DNA of 64,000 nt from an uncultured Actinomycetes bacterium (GTDB lineage: Bacteria > Actinomycetota > Thermoleophilia > RBG-16-64-13), in the NCBI GenBank assembly GCA_963706025.1, contig CAVPLM010000005.1, forward strand, positions 1,139,650 to 1,203,649. Reading direction: 5' to 3'. Below are positions 1 to 11,955 of this stretch, one piece after another. The position numbers and the translations under genes are program-made. Position 1 is the stretch's first letter, and each line of letters begins with the position of its first letter. The notes beneath the pieces are model-generated. The model saw nothing but the letters and a program-made list of their open reading frames with translations. It was not told the DNA's origin and made no database searches.

Positions 1-916
1 CCAGGCGGAACTGTTCGCGATCGGACGGTGTGGGCATCATGTCCACATCCGGTTCGCGGCCGATGGGCATGTAGAGAAAGTGCCAGGCGATCATCGCCCC
101 TTTGGCGACAAGAGGATCCACGAACTCGTCGCTGACGAGGACCTGCCAATTGTTCCTCGTGACCGTGGCCGAATAGCCGAACATCACGCCCGCTTCTCCC
201 AGGCGGTCCATGACGCTCATGACCTTCTGGTGAACACCGAGGCCCCTTCTTTGATCGGTGAGCTCGGGAGTCCCGTCGACACTCAACATGAGGGCGACGT
301 TGCCTATCTTCGCCAACTCGCCGATGATCTCGTCGGTGAGCAGAGTGCCGTTGCTGAAGATCTGGAACATCGAGTCCCTATTGGCCCGTGCGAAGCCGAG
401 CAGGTCGGGGTAGAGGAACGGTTCACCTCCCAGGAAGGTGAACAGGTACACACCCATGTCATTGCCCTCGTCGACGATACGCTGCAGGAGCTCGCGATCC
501 AGATCTTGATCGGGCGAGTACTCCCCCGCGTAGCAGCCCGCGCAGGTGAGATTGCAGCGCATCGTGGGGCTCATCAGTAGGGTCGTCGGGGCCATCATGC
601 CCGTGGTCTCGGTGAGTTCTTTCCTCTTGGCCGCACCCCTAAGGAGGGTGTTGACTACCAGGCACTCGATGAAGCGATCGCGGCACTCGGGGCTGAGCTT
701 GGTGGTCACGTGACGCGACATCAGAAGAACCGGATGGTCAGCCTCGACTTTGTCGCATAGGAACCGGACGGACCCTTTGTGGGCGTCGGGGGTGATCATT
801 TCGGCAAGCTTGAAGGCTTTGATGATCTTGGCTTTGTCCCCGCCGGCGGCAAGCGTGAGCATCCGACCGATCATGCGTCGCTGCATCCCGTTGTATAGCC
901 CGTCTACGTGACCCAC
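1..916 (-). CDS. Radical SAM protein (3' end runs off the window)
   Basis: Not in the ORF track. Read manually on the minus strand from GTG 916, after an AAGGAGGA RBS: ...LLMSPTMRCNLTCAGCYAGEY..., a CxxxCxxC motif. Confidence 0.85.
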   Translation of the reverse strand, partial: MGHVDGLYNGMQRRMIGRMLTLAAGGDKAKIIKAFKLAEMITPDAHKGSVRFLCDKVEADHPVLLMSRHVTTKLSPECRDRFIECLVVNTLLRGAAKRKELTETTGMMAPTTLLMSPTMRCNLTCAGCYAGEYSPDQDLDRELLQRIVDEGNDMGVYLFTFLGGEPFLYPDLLGFARANRDSMFQIFSNGTLLTDEIIGELAKIGNVALMLSVDGTPELTDQRRGLGVHQKVMSVMDRLGEAGVMFGYSATVTRNNWQVLVSDEFVDPLVAKGAMIAWHFLYMPIGREPDVDMMPTPSDREQFRL

Positions 917-1157
917 CCACTCCTCCTTGTCCGTTTCGCTGGGTCGTGCAGCCGACCGTGCTGAGACTTGGGGCCTCCATTCTACCCCCGCAAGCGTCAC
1001 AACGGAATCACATTCGCACCAAACACCCGCCAAATATGGGGATCGGCGTCACGGATTCCATGGCGGCCCCAGAACTGCTAGGGTTGATAGCAGTAGCATA
1101 GAGGGAACAACGAACCGACATCTGCCGGCGGCGACGGCCCGTCCAAGGAGAACGATC

Positions 1158-3971
<2,814 letters not shown>

Positions 3972-4025
3972 GCCGAGGCCCGACAGCGACCCCGCCGGCC
4001 GGCGAAGGTGACGAGCCCGGAAGGG

Positions 4026-5582
4026 CTAGTCCTCCACTTTCCAGCAGTCCGACGGGTTCTCTTGCCCCGCCTGACTGTTGGCCGGATGCGTTGCCAACCA
4101 CTGCTCCGGGTCCTCGATGATCTGCCGGACCGTGGACTGGACCAGTTCCAGATTCAGGATGTTGTAGCCCATCTCGTTTCTACCGGTGACGTAGTCGGGA
4201 GGCGTGAAACCCACGGCTATCATCTCGTCGGTCTTGACCTTGGCCCGCACCTTGATCAGGTCCGCCAGTCGGTCGATGGGGATATCCGTCTTCAAGTTGT
4301 CCTTGATGGCCCCCACGATGTCCGGGAACTTGAACGCTAGATCCCTCACGCCGTTCTGATAGAGCAAGGCCAGCAGGACGCAGCGCTGCCTCTGCATGCG
4401 GTGATAGTCGTCGCTCCCGGTCCGGGAGCGCGCGAAAGCCAGGGCTTCATGACCGTCCAGGTGCCGGATGCCCGGCTGGATGTCGTAGATCCGGGCCTCC
4501 TCCCCTTTGGTGAACGACGCCATCCGTACCCAGATCCGCTCCTTCACATTGAGCGTGACTCCGCCGAAGGCATCGACCAGGTCGATGAACCCGTTCAGAT
4601 CGACCACGGCGTAGTAGTCGATCGGGATGCCCAGCAGTCTGCTGACGGTCTCGCGCATCACCTGAGCCCCGGCGTCTCCTTCTCCCCCGGCCAGTTCGGG
4701 GTGGTTCTGCGCATCGAAGTAGAGACTGCTGATGAGGTCCAGATAGACGTCCGTGCCGAGAGCCTCGGCCGTCCGGTCGCTCAAAGCCAGCGAGCCGGTG
4801 TTGCGCGGGACACCGAAGAGCGCCACCGCCCCGGTCTTCAGATCGACCGTGGCGACAATGACGGTGTCCGCCCGGGCGCCGGTCCGGCGGTAGCCGGCGT
4901 CGGTGCCCAGAAGCAGGAACGTCAACCGCTCGTCATCGCCCGAGTCCAGCGGCGGCAGCGTGGTCGTGGTGGTCGAGCTGGTGGTAGTCGAACTGGTCGT
5001 GGTGGAGACCACCCCGGTCGAGGTCGTGCTCGCGATCGACGTGGTCGTCGTCGTGGAAGGCAGGCCCGACGTAGTGGTGGTCACTTCGTCGTCAGCCACG
5101 AACACGGTGGTCAGCAGATCGTGCGAGAGGAAGGCGTAGTAGCCGAACAGCGCGTGCGGCGCCACGGTCAGGAAGAGCAGCACCGCCAGCCCGACCCCGG
5201 CCAGTACTACCCGCAGTCTCGGGGGGGGATCGGCCGCCGCCGCGTACTGCGCCCCTCCCGCCCGGTACGCGTCCACGGCCGCATACAGCCGGAAGCCGAG
5301 CAAGAGGACGTTGAACCCGAGCAGCCCGAGTAGCACCTCGGGCTGGATCACGAAGGCGAGAACCTCGTCGATCCCCTGCAGCGCGACGACGATACCGACT
5401 ATGAGGAACAGCACGACCACCGCGAGCATGATGTAGCCGCGCCTGCGGGCTCCGGCGGCGATCTGCCCGGTCCCGGGGACCAACATGGAGAAAAAGGCGT
5501 ACAGCAGGCGACGCACGTAGCGGTCACGGCCGCGCGGGTGCCGGTATTCGTTCCGGCTCAACGGCTCATCAGTACTTGCCAC
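4026..5582 (-). CDS. LCP (LytR-CpsA-Psr) family cell-wall ligase with N-terminal TMs and a Thr/Ser-rich linker
   Basis: LLLGTD, RADT, VPRN, ALAFARSR, DDYHRMQRQ motifs. Start uncertain (ORF extends to 5663). Confidence 0.9.
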   Translation of the reverse strand: MASTDEPLSRNEYRHPRGRDRYVRRLLYAFFSMLVPGTGQIAAGARRRGYIMLAVVVLFLIVGIVVALQGIDEVLAFVIQPEVLLGLLGFNVLLLGFRLYAAVDAYRAGGAQYAAAADPPPRLRVVLAGVGLAVLLFLTVAPHALFGYYAFLSHDLLTTVFVADDEVTTTTSGLPSTTTTTSIASTTSTGVVSTTTSSTTTSSTTTTTLPPLDSGDDERLTFLLLGTDAGYRRTGARADTVIVATVDLKTGAVALFGVPRNTGSLALSDRTAEALGTDVYLDLISSLYFDAQNHPELAGGEGDAGAQVMRETVSRLLGIPIDYYAVVDLNGFIDLVDAFGGVTLNVKERIWVRMASFTKGEEARIYDIQPGIRHLDGHEALAFARSRTGSDDYHRMQRQRCVLLALLYQNGVRDLAFKFPDIVGAIKDNLKTDIPIDRLADLIKVRAKVKTDEMIAVGFTPPDYVTGRNEMGYNILNLELVQSTVRQIIEDPEQWLATHPANSQAGQENPSDCWKVED

Positions 5583-5851
5583 AACCGGTCGGAGCCTCGA
5601 GTCCCTTTCTTCCTGACACGACGAGAAGCGGGCCTGGTTCTGTCCAAGATTATAGGATTGCACGCGCGCCTCTGACTACCTGCACCCCATGAGCTGTCTG
5701 AGTAGCGTGTGAAGACTCCGCAATCCGGCGCAATTCGGACCGCATTCGCGCTCTGAGACGGAGTCTGGTCTCGCCTTGTTCCGCGTGACAGGACCGTGGG
5801 TCGTTTGCCGGTTCGGCGCAAAAGCAGTACCTTCTTCGTTCGGGGGGGACA

Positions 5852-6123
5852 GAGGGAAACAAGGGATTCGGTGCGCTCGTGGCACTTGGGCACCTTGTGC
5901 TTGCCAAGACCCATGACACTGCGACCACCGACGGCGATTCCAATCTGCATGCCGAATTCAAGGCCATCCGTGAGGCCACTACAGCTCTGGGTTCAACCAA
6001 TCTGTGCGGTACGGTGCTCTACTCCACCTGCGAACCATGCCCGATGTGCACCGGTCTCGCGGTGTGGGCCAACCTGACGAGCATCGTGTACAGGTTCTCA
6101 AAGAGAGGTGCGAGGCTCTCTAT
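5852..6123 (+). pseudogene. Nucleoside/guanine deaminase remnant (CDA fold)
   Basis: EGNKGFGA...HAE...STCEPCPMC...IVY, then a frame change to C-terminal-like VLKERCEALY. No plausible start upstream of the conserved N-terminal motif, and an internal deletion. Confidence 0.75.
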
Positions 6124-6154
6124 TCGCCGGGGCCTGGGGAGCCGGGAGAAACTG

Positions 6155-6556
6155 CTACAAGTTGATCACCTTGGCCGCGCGGAGCATGGTCTCGGAGATC
6201 GCGTACATGTTGGAGATCTCGCCGACCGCCACTTTCTCCTTGAGATCGAAGTGACCGAGACAGGTGCCGCACAGGAGTACCCGCGCCCCTCGGTCCACAA
6301 GGGCTCTGAGATCGTCGAGCGCTGGGGAGCCCTCGATCGCCAGCATCACCCCACTGTTGTAGAAGATGAGCAGGTCCGGTCTCGGCGTGACCTCGCCAAG
6401 GGTGTGCAAGAAGTTCCGGAGAAGCACCTGTCCGAGCTCATCGTCGCCCCGCCCCATCGTGTTGCTTGAGATAGCGACCACGGTCGATCCCCACTCTAGG
6501 TCCGCCCGGTCCCCAGGGCCCGCCCCGAGTTCACTTTTCAGCTTCTGATCGTTCAC
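6155..6556 (-). CDS. YedF-like DsrE-family sulfurtransferase (selenium metabolism associated)
   Basis: MGRGDDELG..L..F, FYNSGV, CGTCL, GEISNMY motifs. GTG start after GGAGAAGG. Confidence 0.85.
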   Translation of the reverse strand: MNDQKLKSELGAGPGDRADLEWGSTVVAISSNTMGRGDDELGQVLLRNFLHTLGEVTPRPDLLIFYNSGVMLAIEGSPALDDLRALVDRGARVLLCGTCLGHFDLKEKVAVGEISNMYAISETMLRAAKVINL

Positions 6557-6818
6557 CCGCCTTCTCCTCTCCTGGAAGTAGCATCTTGAGGTCGTGTATT
6601 GCCGATACCTGGACCCCGGTTGCCGCGAGCACCTTCTCGGCTCGTTCGCGATCACCGAGGCTCACCCGCAGGCAGACGCCGCACTGGGAACTGATGGCCC
6701 GGGGCACGGGGATAAGCGAGCATGAGACCCCTGCTCGGATGAGCGCGGCCTCGCCCTTGATCGCGTGAGAGGCCGAGGGCACGAGAAACAGACTATGGGT
6801 GGGAGCGGAGGGCCTCAT
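6531..6818 (-). CDS. DUF3343 family protein
   Basis: S.SHAIKGE..L..AG...LIPVPRAISSQCG.CL pattern; lies between the desulfurase and yedF. Confidence 0.8.
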   Translation of the reverse strand: MRPSAPTHSLFLVPSASHAIKGEAALIRAGVSCSLIPVPRAISSQCGVCLRVSLGDRERAEKVLAATGVQVSAIHDLKMLLPGEEKAGERSEAEK

Positions 6819-8000
6819 TCAGTTTCGCCCCTTGCCTCTGCTCCGTGCCAGATGGCGGACGGCCCGTAGGGCGAGATCTACGTCATTCGCGGTGGTGAAG
6901 GCACTGAGAGACAACCTCACCGTCCCGGCGGGGAACGTCCCCAGGGTCTTGTGAGCGGCGGGGCTGCAGTGAAGTCCCACCCGGGCGGCGATATCGAACT
7001 CCTCGTCCAAGCGCAGGCCGATCTCCCCCGGATCCGGGCCATCAAGGGTGAAGGACACCACCGGAAGCTGCCGGGAAGCATCGAGAGTCCCTTTGACCTC
7101 CACTCCGGGAATCTCGCAGAGACCCTCGATCAAGCGGGCGGTAAGGTCACACTCCCGGTCGCGCAACTCCTCCACTCCCTGCTCCACCAGCCAGCGGACT
7201 CCCGCTTCGAGCCCGGCCAGCCCCACAACGTTCATGGTCCCGCTCTCGAACTTGTCCGGTAGGAAACGGGGCTGGATCTCCGATTCGGAGTCGCTGCCTG
7301 TACCGCCGCGTATGAGCGGCTGCAAGCCGGCGATGTCCACTCTTTCGCCGATGACAAGGCCTCCCGTCCCGGTCGGTCCGTACAAGGCCTTGTGCCCGGT
7401 GAAGGCCAGAAGGTCGGCGCCCAGATCGTCCAGATCGATGGGTAGAGCACCGACGGACTGAGCCCCGTCTACGAGCAGAAGGAGATTCCGAGCGCGGGTG
7501 ATGGCCGCTACCTCTTTCACGGGAAGAAGCGTGCCCACGACGTTGGAGGCATGAGTCATAACAACCATCGTGGTCTCCGGGCGCAGGGCCTGCTCCACCG
7601 CGGCGACGTCGAGCCCTCCTTCTGGAGAGCAGGGGACCACCGTGACTGCGGTTCCTTCCATCTCAAGAGCGCGTAAGGGCCTCATGACCGAGTTGTGCTC
7701 CATGCTGGTGGTCACCACGTGCTGACCCGGTCCGAGGAGGCCGCACATGGCCAGGTTGAGGGCATGAGTGGCGTTGGCGCAGAAGACGACCCGCAGGGGA
7801 TCCGGCACTCCCAGCAGACCGGCCACCGCCTCCCGAGCCCGGAAGACCACTCGGGCGGCTTCGATCGAAAGACGGTGACCGGAGCGGCCGGGATTGGCGC
7901 CGACTTCGCCGAGGAAGTGCTCCATGGCCGCGATCACCGGGGGCGGTTTCGGCCAGCTGGTGGCCGCGTTGTCGAGATAGACGACGCGAGACGGTATCAC
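6819..8000 (-). CDS. Class V PLP cysteine/selenocysteine desulfurase family protein
   Basis: YLDNAATSWPKP, HASNVVG, FTGHKALYGP and RVGLHCSP motifs. Confidence 0.92.
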   Translation of the reverse strand: MIPSRVVYLDNAATSWPKPPPVIAAMEHFLGEVGANPGRSGHRLSIEAARVVFRAREAVAGLLGVPDPLRVVFCANATHALNLAMCGLLGPGQHVVTTSMEHNSVMRPLRALEMEGTAVTVVPCSPEGGLDVAAVEQALRPETTMVVMTHASNVVGTLLPVKEVAAITRARNLLLLVDGAQSVGALPIDLDDLGADLLAFTGHKALYGPTGTGGLVIGERVDIAGLQPLIRGGTGSDSESEIQPRFLPDKFESGTMNVVGLAGLEAGVRWLVEQGVEELRDRECDLTARLIEGLCEIPGVEVKGTLDASRQLPVVSFTLDGPDPGEIGLRLDEEFDIAARVGLHCSPAAHKTLGTFPAGTVRLSLSAFTTANDVDLALRAVRHLARSRGKGRN

Positions 8001-8847
8001 CGCTCCTGCTTCCGGCGCGGCATCATTGGGGCCGGGGATCCCGACAAACGATCTGACAAGGCCTGCACCCTACTCGGGGTCTCGGGGCCGGTCATAGGGA
8101 TCCCGTGCCCGCCGGCGACCACGAGGGGCCCCAGCTCGGCCAGAGCGGCGACCGATTTCCTTCGCCACCCGCCAACTCCAGGTGGCGTACCAGGGCGGGC
8201 CGGAGACCTCCTGCCTGCTTGTGAGAAGTCCCCACACCGAGTTGAGGGTCTACAGTCACCAGGGCGTCGCCCGTGATCAAGACCCGGTCGCTCCGCCGGA
8301 AGAACGCGACGTGCCCGGGCGTATGGCCCGGCGTGGGAACGGCCTCCCAGTCGGGAAGACCAGGGAGCTCGGCCACGCGGATCGAAGGGCCGGACCACGT
8401 CCTCGAGGCTCGCCCGCGCGACCATCGACTCGGTCCGCTTCGGCCCCAGGAGGCGCAGCCAGGGCAGGACGATCCAGCGGTCGAGCGGGTTGGCATACGT
8501 ATGGAAGACCGAGACGCCTCCAAGGACCAGCGGTAGCTCGTCGGGATGCACCCAGACGGGGCGATTCCAGACCTGCGCCAGTTCGCGGGCCGAGCCGGCG
8601 TGATCGGGGTGGTCGTGTGTGAGCAGGATCGAAGCCGGAGGCGAGTCCTCCCCGAACAAGGACTCCGCGGCCTTCTGGATCGAGCGGCCGCAGTTCGCCG
8701 ACGCGGCGTCGATGAGGGTCCACGATGGACCCGACCGCACGAAGTAGACGTTCGACCGGAGAAGCCCCTTTCCCACCTCCAGGTAGTACACGCCCGGGGC
8801 GATCTCCCGGGGCAGCCGGTGTCGGTCTCTCTCAGTCGCCAGGCCAC
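7997..8847 (-). CDS. MBL-fold metallo-hydrolase, split by three +1 frameshifts (~8373, ~8247, ~8157)
   Basis: THDHPDHAG, TPGHTPGH, LITGDA and GGHG motifs spread over different frames. Start uncertain. Confidence 0.8.
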
Positions 8848-9177
8848 AGCGTTCTCTCCTTCGACATGGTTCGCCTCTACTAGGGCCTCGAGCCGGCTAT
8901 GCCAATGGCCCCCACCGTCGCTCCCATATCTCCCCGCTTTTCCCTGGTTCAGTCAAGGCTCGCCCGGCCCTCCGACTCCGTTCCCGCGAACGGTCTATAC
9001 CTCGTTATGGCGCGAGAGGGGACGCAGAGTGCGAGGTCCGCTGGACAGGCGGACACGTGCCAGATACAGTCTGCATATCCCTCGAGCCGTGGGTGCCGCG
9101 AGGGACGAGGGACTTCAGAGTCACACGGCTGCACAGCCGTTGTAAGGCCGAGCAATCACAGCAGAGGAGAGGGTTGC

Positions 9178-10140
9178 ATGATCAGGGAGATCACTGCGCA
9201 CGAGCTTGACCCCGAGAGCTTCATCAGGGAGAAGGTAGAGGACATCAGGCGCACCGTAGGAGGCGGGTGGGCCATCAACGCCCTTTCCGGTGGCGTCGAT
9301 TCGTCCACGGTCACGATGCTGGGGCACCGCGCCCTGGGCGAGCGTCTGAGGACGGTCTTCGTCGAGAACGGCCTTATGCGCGCCGGCGAAGCCGAGCAGG
9401 TCACCGGCTTTTTCCGGGCCCTCGGCGTCACGGTCGAAGTCGTCGACGCGCGCGCGGAGTTCTTTGCCGCGCTCAAGGGCATCACGGACCCCGAGGCGAA
9501 GCGCGAGGCCATCACGCAGACCTTCTATCGCGAGGTCTTCGGCCGTCTCGTCCGGGAAAGCGGGGCGAATCACCTGCTCCAGGGGACCATCCTGACCGAC
9601 GTGGATGAGACCGTCGCCGGGATCAAGCGACAGCACAACGTCTTCGAGCAGTTGGGGATCGATCCGCAGGCGGCGTTCGGCTACCGGATCCTGGAGCCGC
9701 TCATCCAGTTGCGCAAGGACGGTGTGAGAAAGCTGGGTCAGGCGCTCGGACTGCCGGGCGAACTGTTCCAGCGCATCCCCTTCCCGGGGCCGGCGCTTGC
9801 CGCCCGCGTGATCGGCGAGGCGACACCGGAGCGCATCGAGACGGTCCGGCAGGCCACCCGGGTGGTCGAGCGGTTGCTCTCGGGCTACGGCACCTTCCAG
9901 TACCTGGCCATCCTGCACGAAGACCGGGTGACGGGGATGCGCGACGGCCGGCGCGACTTCGGCCAGCAGATCGAGGTGCGGTGTTGGGACAGCGTCGACG
10001 CCCGTACGGCGACGCCTGCCCGCGTCCCGTTCGAGATCCTCGAGCAGCTCGCGCAGGAGATCGTCGGCGCGGTGCCGGGAATCGTCAGTGTCACCTACAA
10101 CATAGCGACCAAACCGCCGTCGACCATCGAAGCTGTCTGA
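9178..10140 (+). CDS. GMP synthase ATP-pyrophosphatase (subunit B)-like protein without a GATase domain
   Basis: SGGVDS PP-loop, DPEAKR, LLQGT, PFPGPALAAR, KPPSTIE. ATG follows GAGGAG. Confidence 0.85.
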   Translation: MIREITAHELDPESFIREKVEDIRRTVGGGWAINALSGGVDSSTVTMLGHRALGERLRTVFVENGLMRAGEAEQVTGFFRALGVTVEVVDARAEFFAALKGITDPEAKREAITQTFYREVFGRLVRESGANHLLQGTILTDVDETVAGIKRQHNVFEQLGIDPQAAFGYRILEPLIQLRKDGVRKLGQALGLPGELFQRIPFPGPALAARVIGEATPERIETVRQATRVVERLLSGYGTFQYLAILHEDRVTGMRDGRRDFGQQIEVRCWDSVDARTATPARVPFEILEQLAQEIVGAVPGIVSVTYNIATKPPSTIEAV

Positions 10141-10317
10141 CTACCGATTGGCTTGCGCGGCCTTCGTGACTCGTGTGCTGGAGGGGCTGCGAGTTCCGCG
10201 CCATCCAGGAGTCCCCGGGTCGCAAGGACGTGCGTACGACCATGGTCCGCACTGGATGATGCTTGCTAGAAGGCCCGTCCCAGGGTTCGCGTTAGGGTGG
10301 AACGCCTTATTCGCGAC

Positions 10318-10337
10318 TGTACCAATTGTGGTACACT
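10318..10337 (+). promoter_or_regulatory. Palindromic operator overlapping a -10 box of the TA operon
   Basis: TGTACCA-attg-TGGTACA (10318-10335) overlaps TACACT (10332-10337) just before the toxin start. Confidence 0.65.
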
Positions 10338-10343
10338 CCTGAC

Positions 10344-10703
10344 GTGAGTCAGCCGGGCGAAAGCCAGCCGATCCTCTCCGTTGCGTTCTACGTGAGCGCA
10401 GCCGGGAACGAGCCCGTTCGGGAGTGGCTGCTAGCCCTGCCTCGCGACGACCGCAAAGCAGTCGGGCGCGACATCAAGACGGCTCAGTACGGATGGCCGC
10501 TGGGCATGCCGCTCATCCGGAGGCTCGAGCCCGGGCTGTGGGAGGTGCGATCTCGTCTCGGCGCCGGAATCGCGCGAGTGCTGTTCACGGTCGAGGCGCA
10601 GACCATGGTCCTGCTGCACGCGTTCGTGAAGAAGTCGCAGAAGACGCCGGCGACGGACCTCAAGATCGCCAGGCAGCGCCTGGCCGACCTGCGAAGGGAG
10701 TGA
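10344..10703 (+). CDS. RelE/ParE (HigB/Gp49-like) toxin
   Basis: FY...GNEPVREWL, GWPLGMP, LWEVRS, LLHAFVKKSQKTP motifs. Confidence 0.9.
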   Translation: MSQPGESQPILSVAFYVSAAGNEPVREWLLALPRDDRKAVGRDIKTAQYGWPLGMPLIRRLEPGLWEVRSRLGAGIARVLFTVEAQTMVLLHAFVKKSQKTPATDLKIARQRLADLRRE

Positions 10704-10708
10704 GTGAG

Positions 10709-10993
10709 ATGACCAACAAGCACATCGGCAGTGACTTCGACGAGTTCCTGCGCGACGAGGGCTTGCTCGATGACGCCGAGTCGGTGGCCGCTAAGCGCGT
10801 GATCGCCTTCCAGATCGCCCGCGAGATGGAGCGTGCTCACATCACGCAGGCTGAGCTGGCCCGTCGCATGAAGACCAGTCGTTCGGCTGTCGAGCGCCTG
10901 CTCGATCCCGCCAACCCGTCCGTGACGCTTTCCACGTTGGAGCGCGCCGCCAGCGCGGTGGGCAAGCGCCTGACGGTGCAGTTGAGTGCATAG
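10709..10993 (+). CDS. XRE/HigA-type antitoxin
   Basis: HIGSDFDEFL N-terminus and HTH TQAELARRMKTSRSAVERLLDP; directly follows the toxin. Confidence 0.9.
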   Translation: MTNKHIGSDFDEFLRDEGLLDDAESVAAKRVIAFQIAREMERAHITQAELARRMKTSRSAVERLLDPANPSVTLSTLERAASAVGKRLTVQLSA

Positions 10994-11002
10994 CCGCGGC
11001 AT

Positions 11003-11028
11003 TTCTAACAAGCGAATCGAGCAGACGC
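11003..11028 (+). repeat. Partial attC-like site (R''/L'' half only)
   Basis: TTCTAAC-AAGCGAATCGAGCAGACGC about 10 bp after the antitoxin stop; no matching L'/R' half seen. Confidence 0.45.
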
Positions 11029-11191
11029 CCAGAAGGCTCGCGACAGCCTCTACCTGCGCTTGCTTGCGAAATACTCAATACAGTGTAATCCTCAAGACCC
11101 AGAGCGCTCTTCAGCAAGTGAACTGGCGGCCAGGGTACCTCCGATGGAGTTCTCGCTGTAGATAGCTACCAGGAGGCTCGCTCTCTGAGTT

Positions 11192-11572
11192 ATGACATCG
11201 ATCGGTTACAAGCGGCTTAGCACAGGGCCTGATGGCAGGTCGCGCATCGAAGAGGGTCTGGAGATCGACATGGAGATCCTCGACTTCAGCCCGCCGGCCC
11301 CGCCATTCCACGTGTCGTCACATGCACCCGCTTTGGCATACGTGTTCCTCCGTATCCCGGTTGGGTTCTGGGGAGACTGGCACGTCAGTCCAAAGCGCCA
11401 ATGGATCTTCTGTCTCCAAGGAGAGATGGAGTATGAAGCCGGGGACGGCACAAGATGCGTTCTTTCTCCAGGAGGCTACATGCTGACTGAGGACACGAGC
11501 GGCCAGGGACACCGGAGCCGCGTCACAAGCGAGATCGACGCTCTTCTGCTGGCCGTCCAGTTGGAGCCGTAG
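11192..11572 (+). CDS. Cupin domain protein
   Basis: GDWHVSPKRQW..CLQGEMEYEAGDG...EDTSGQGH cupin pattern. Confidence 0.8.
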   Translation: MTSIGYKRLSTGPDGRSRIEEGLEIDMEILDFSPPAPPFHVSSHAPALAYVFLRIPVGFWGDWHVSPKRQWIFCLQGEMEYEAGDGTRCVLSPGGYMLTEDTSGQGHRSRVTSEIDALLLAVQLEP

Positions 11573-11574
11573 CA

Positions 11575-11955
11575 GTGCTGCTCGAGCGGCTGCCCAACAG
11601 GCAGTTCATATCCGAGGCCATCATCCCGGTTGATGCGTCGTTCATCACCTCGTCCATGTCCAGCGGTGAACCGGGCTTGCCGGCGCGGTTTCGTTGGCGC
11701 GATACCGAGTTCGAAGTGGCGGCGGTGCTGGAGAAATGGAAGACGACGGGAGACTGCCGCCACGGGAGCGGCGAACAGTACGTGCGCAAGCACTGGTTCA
11801 GGGTCGAGGTCACCGACGGAACACAGATGGACATCTATTTCGACCGGCAACCGCGATCGGGGCGGAACAAGCAGAGATGGTGGCTTGCCACCATTCTAGA
11901 GAGGGAGACGGACCAACCTACTATCGGAGAAGGGTTTCATGGAGGTCAGACTTAA
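11575..11955 (+). CDS. DUF6504-like hypothetical protein
   Basis: GEPGLP.RF.WR, V..W, KHWFRV and WWL pattern. Confidence 0.6.
   Translation: MLLERLPNRQFISEAIIPVDASFITSSMSSGEPGLPARFRWRDTEFEVAAVLEKWKTTGDCRHGSGEQYVRKHWFRVEVTDGTQMDIYFDRQPRSGRNKQRWWLATILERETDQPTIGEGFHGGQT

Noticed and set aside
80-580. Plus-strand 166-aa ORF
   Set aside because: Antisense to the radical SAM gene.
4960-5085. Repetitive GTG/GTC-rich tract
   Set aside because: Encodes the Thr/Ser linker of the LCP protein; not a CRISPR array or a DNA-level repeat.
10141-10290. Possible GNAT C-terminal remnant (HWMMLARRP) or guaA-type island attachment site
   Set aside because: Similarity is too weak, and no integrase or direct repeat was found.
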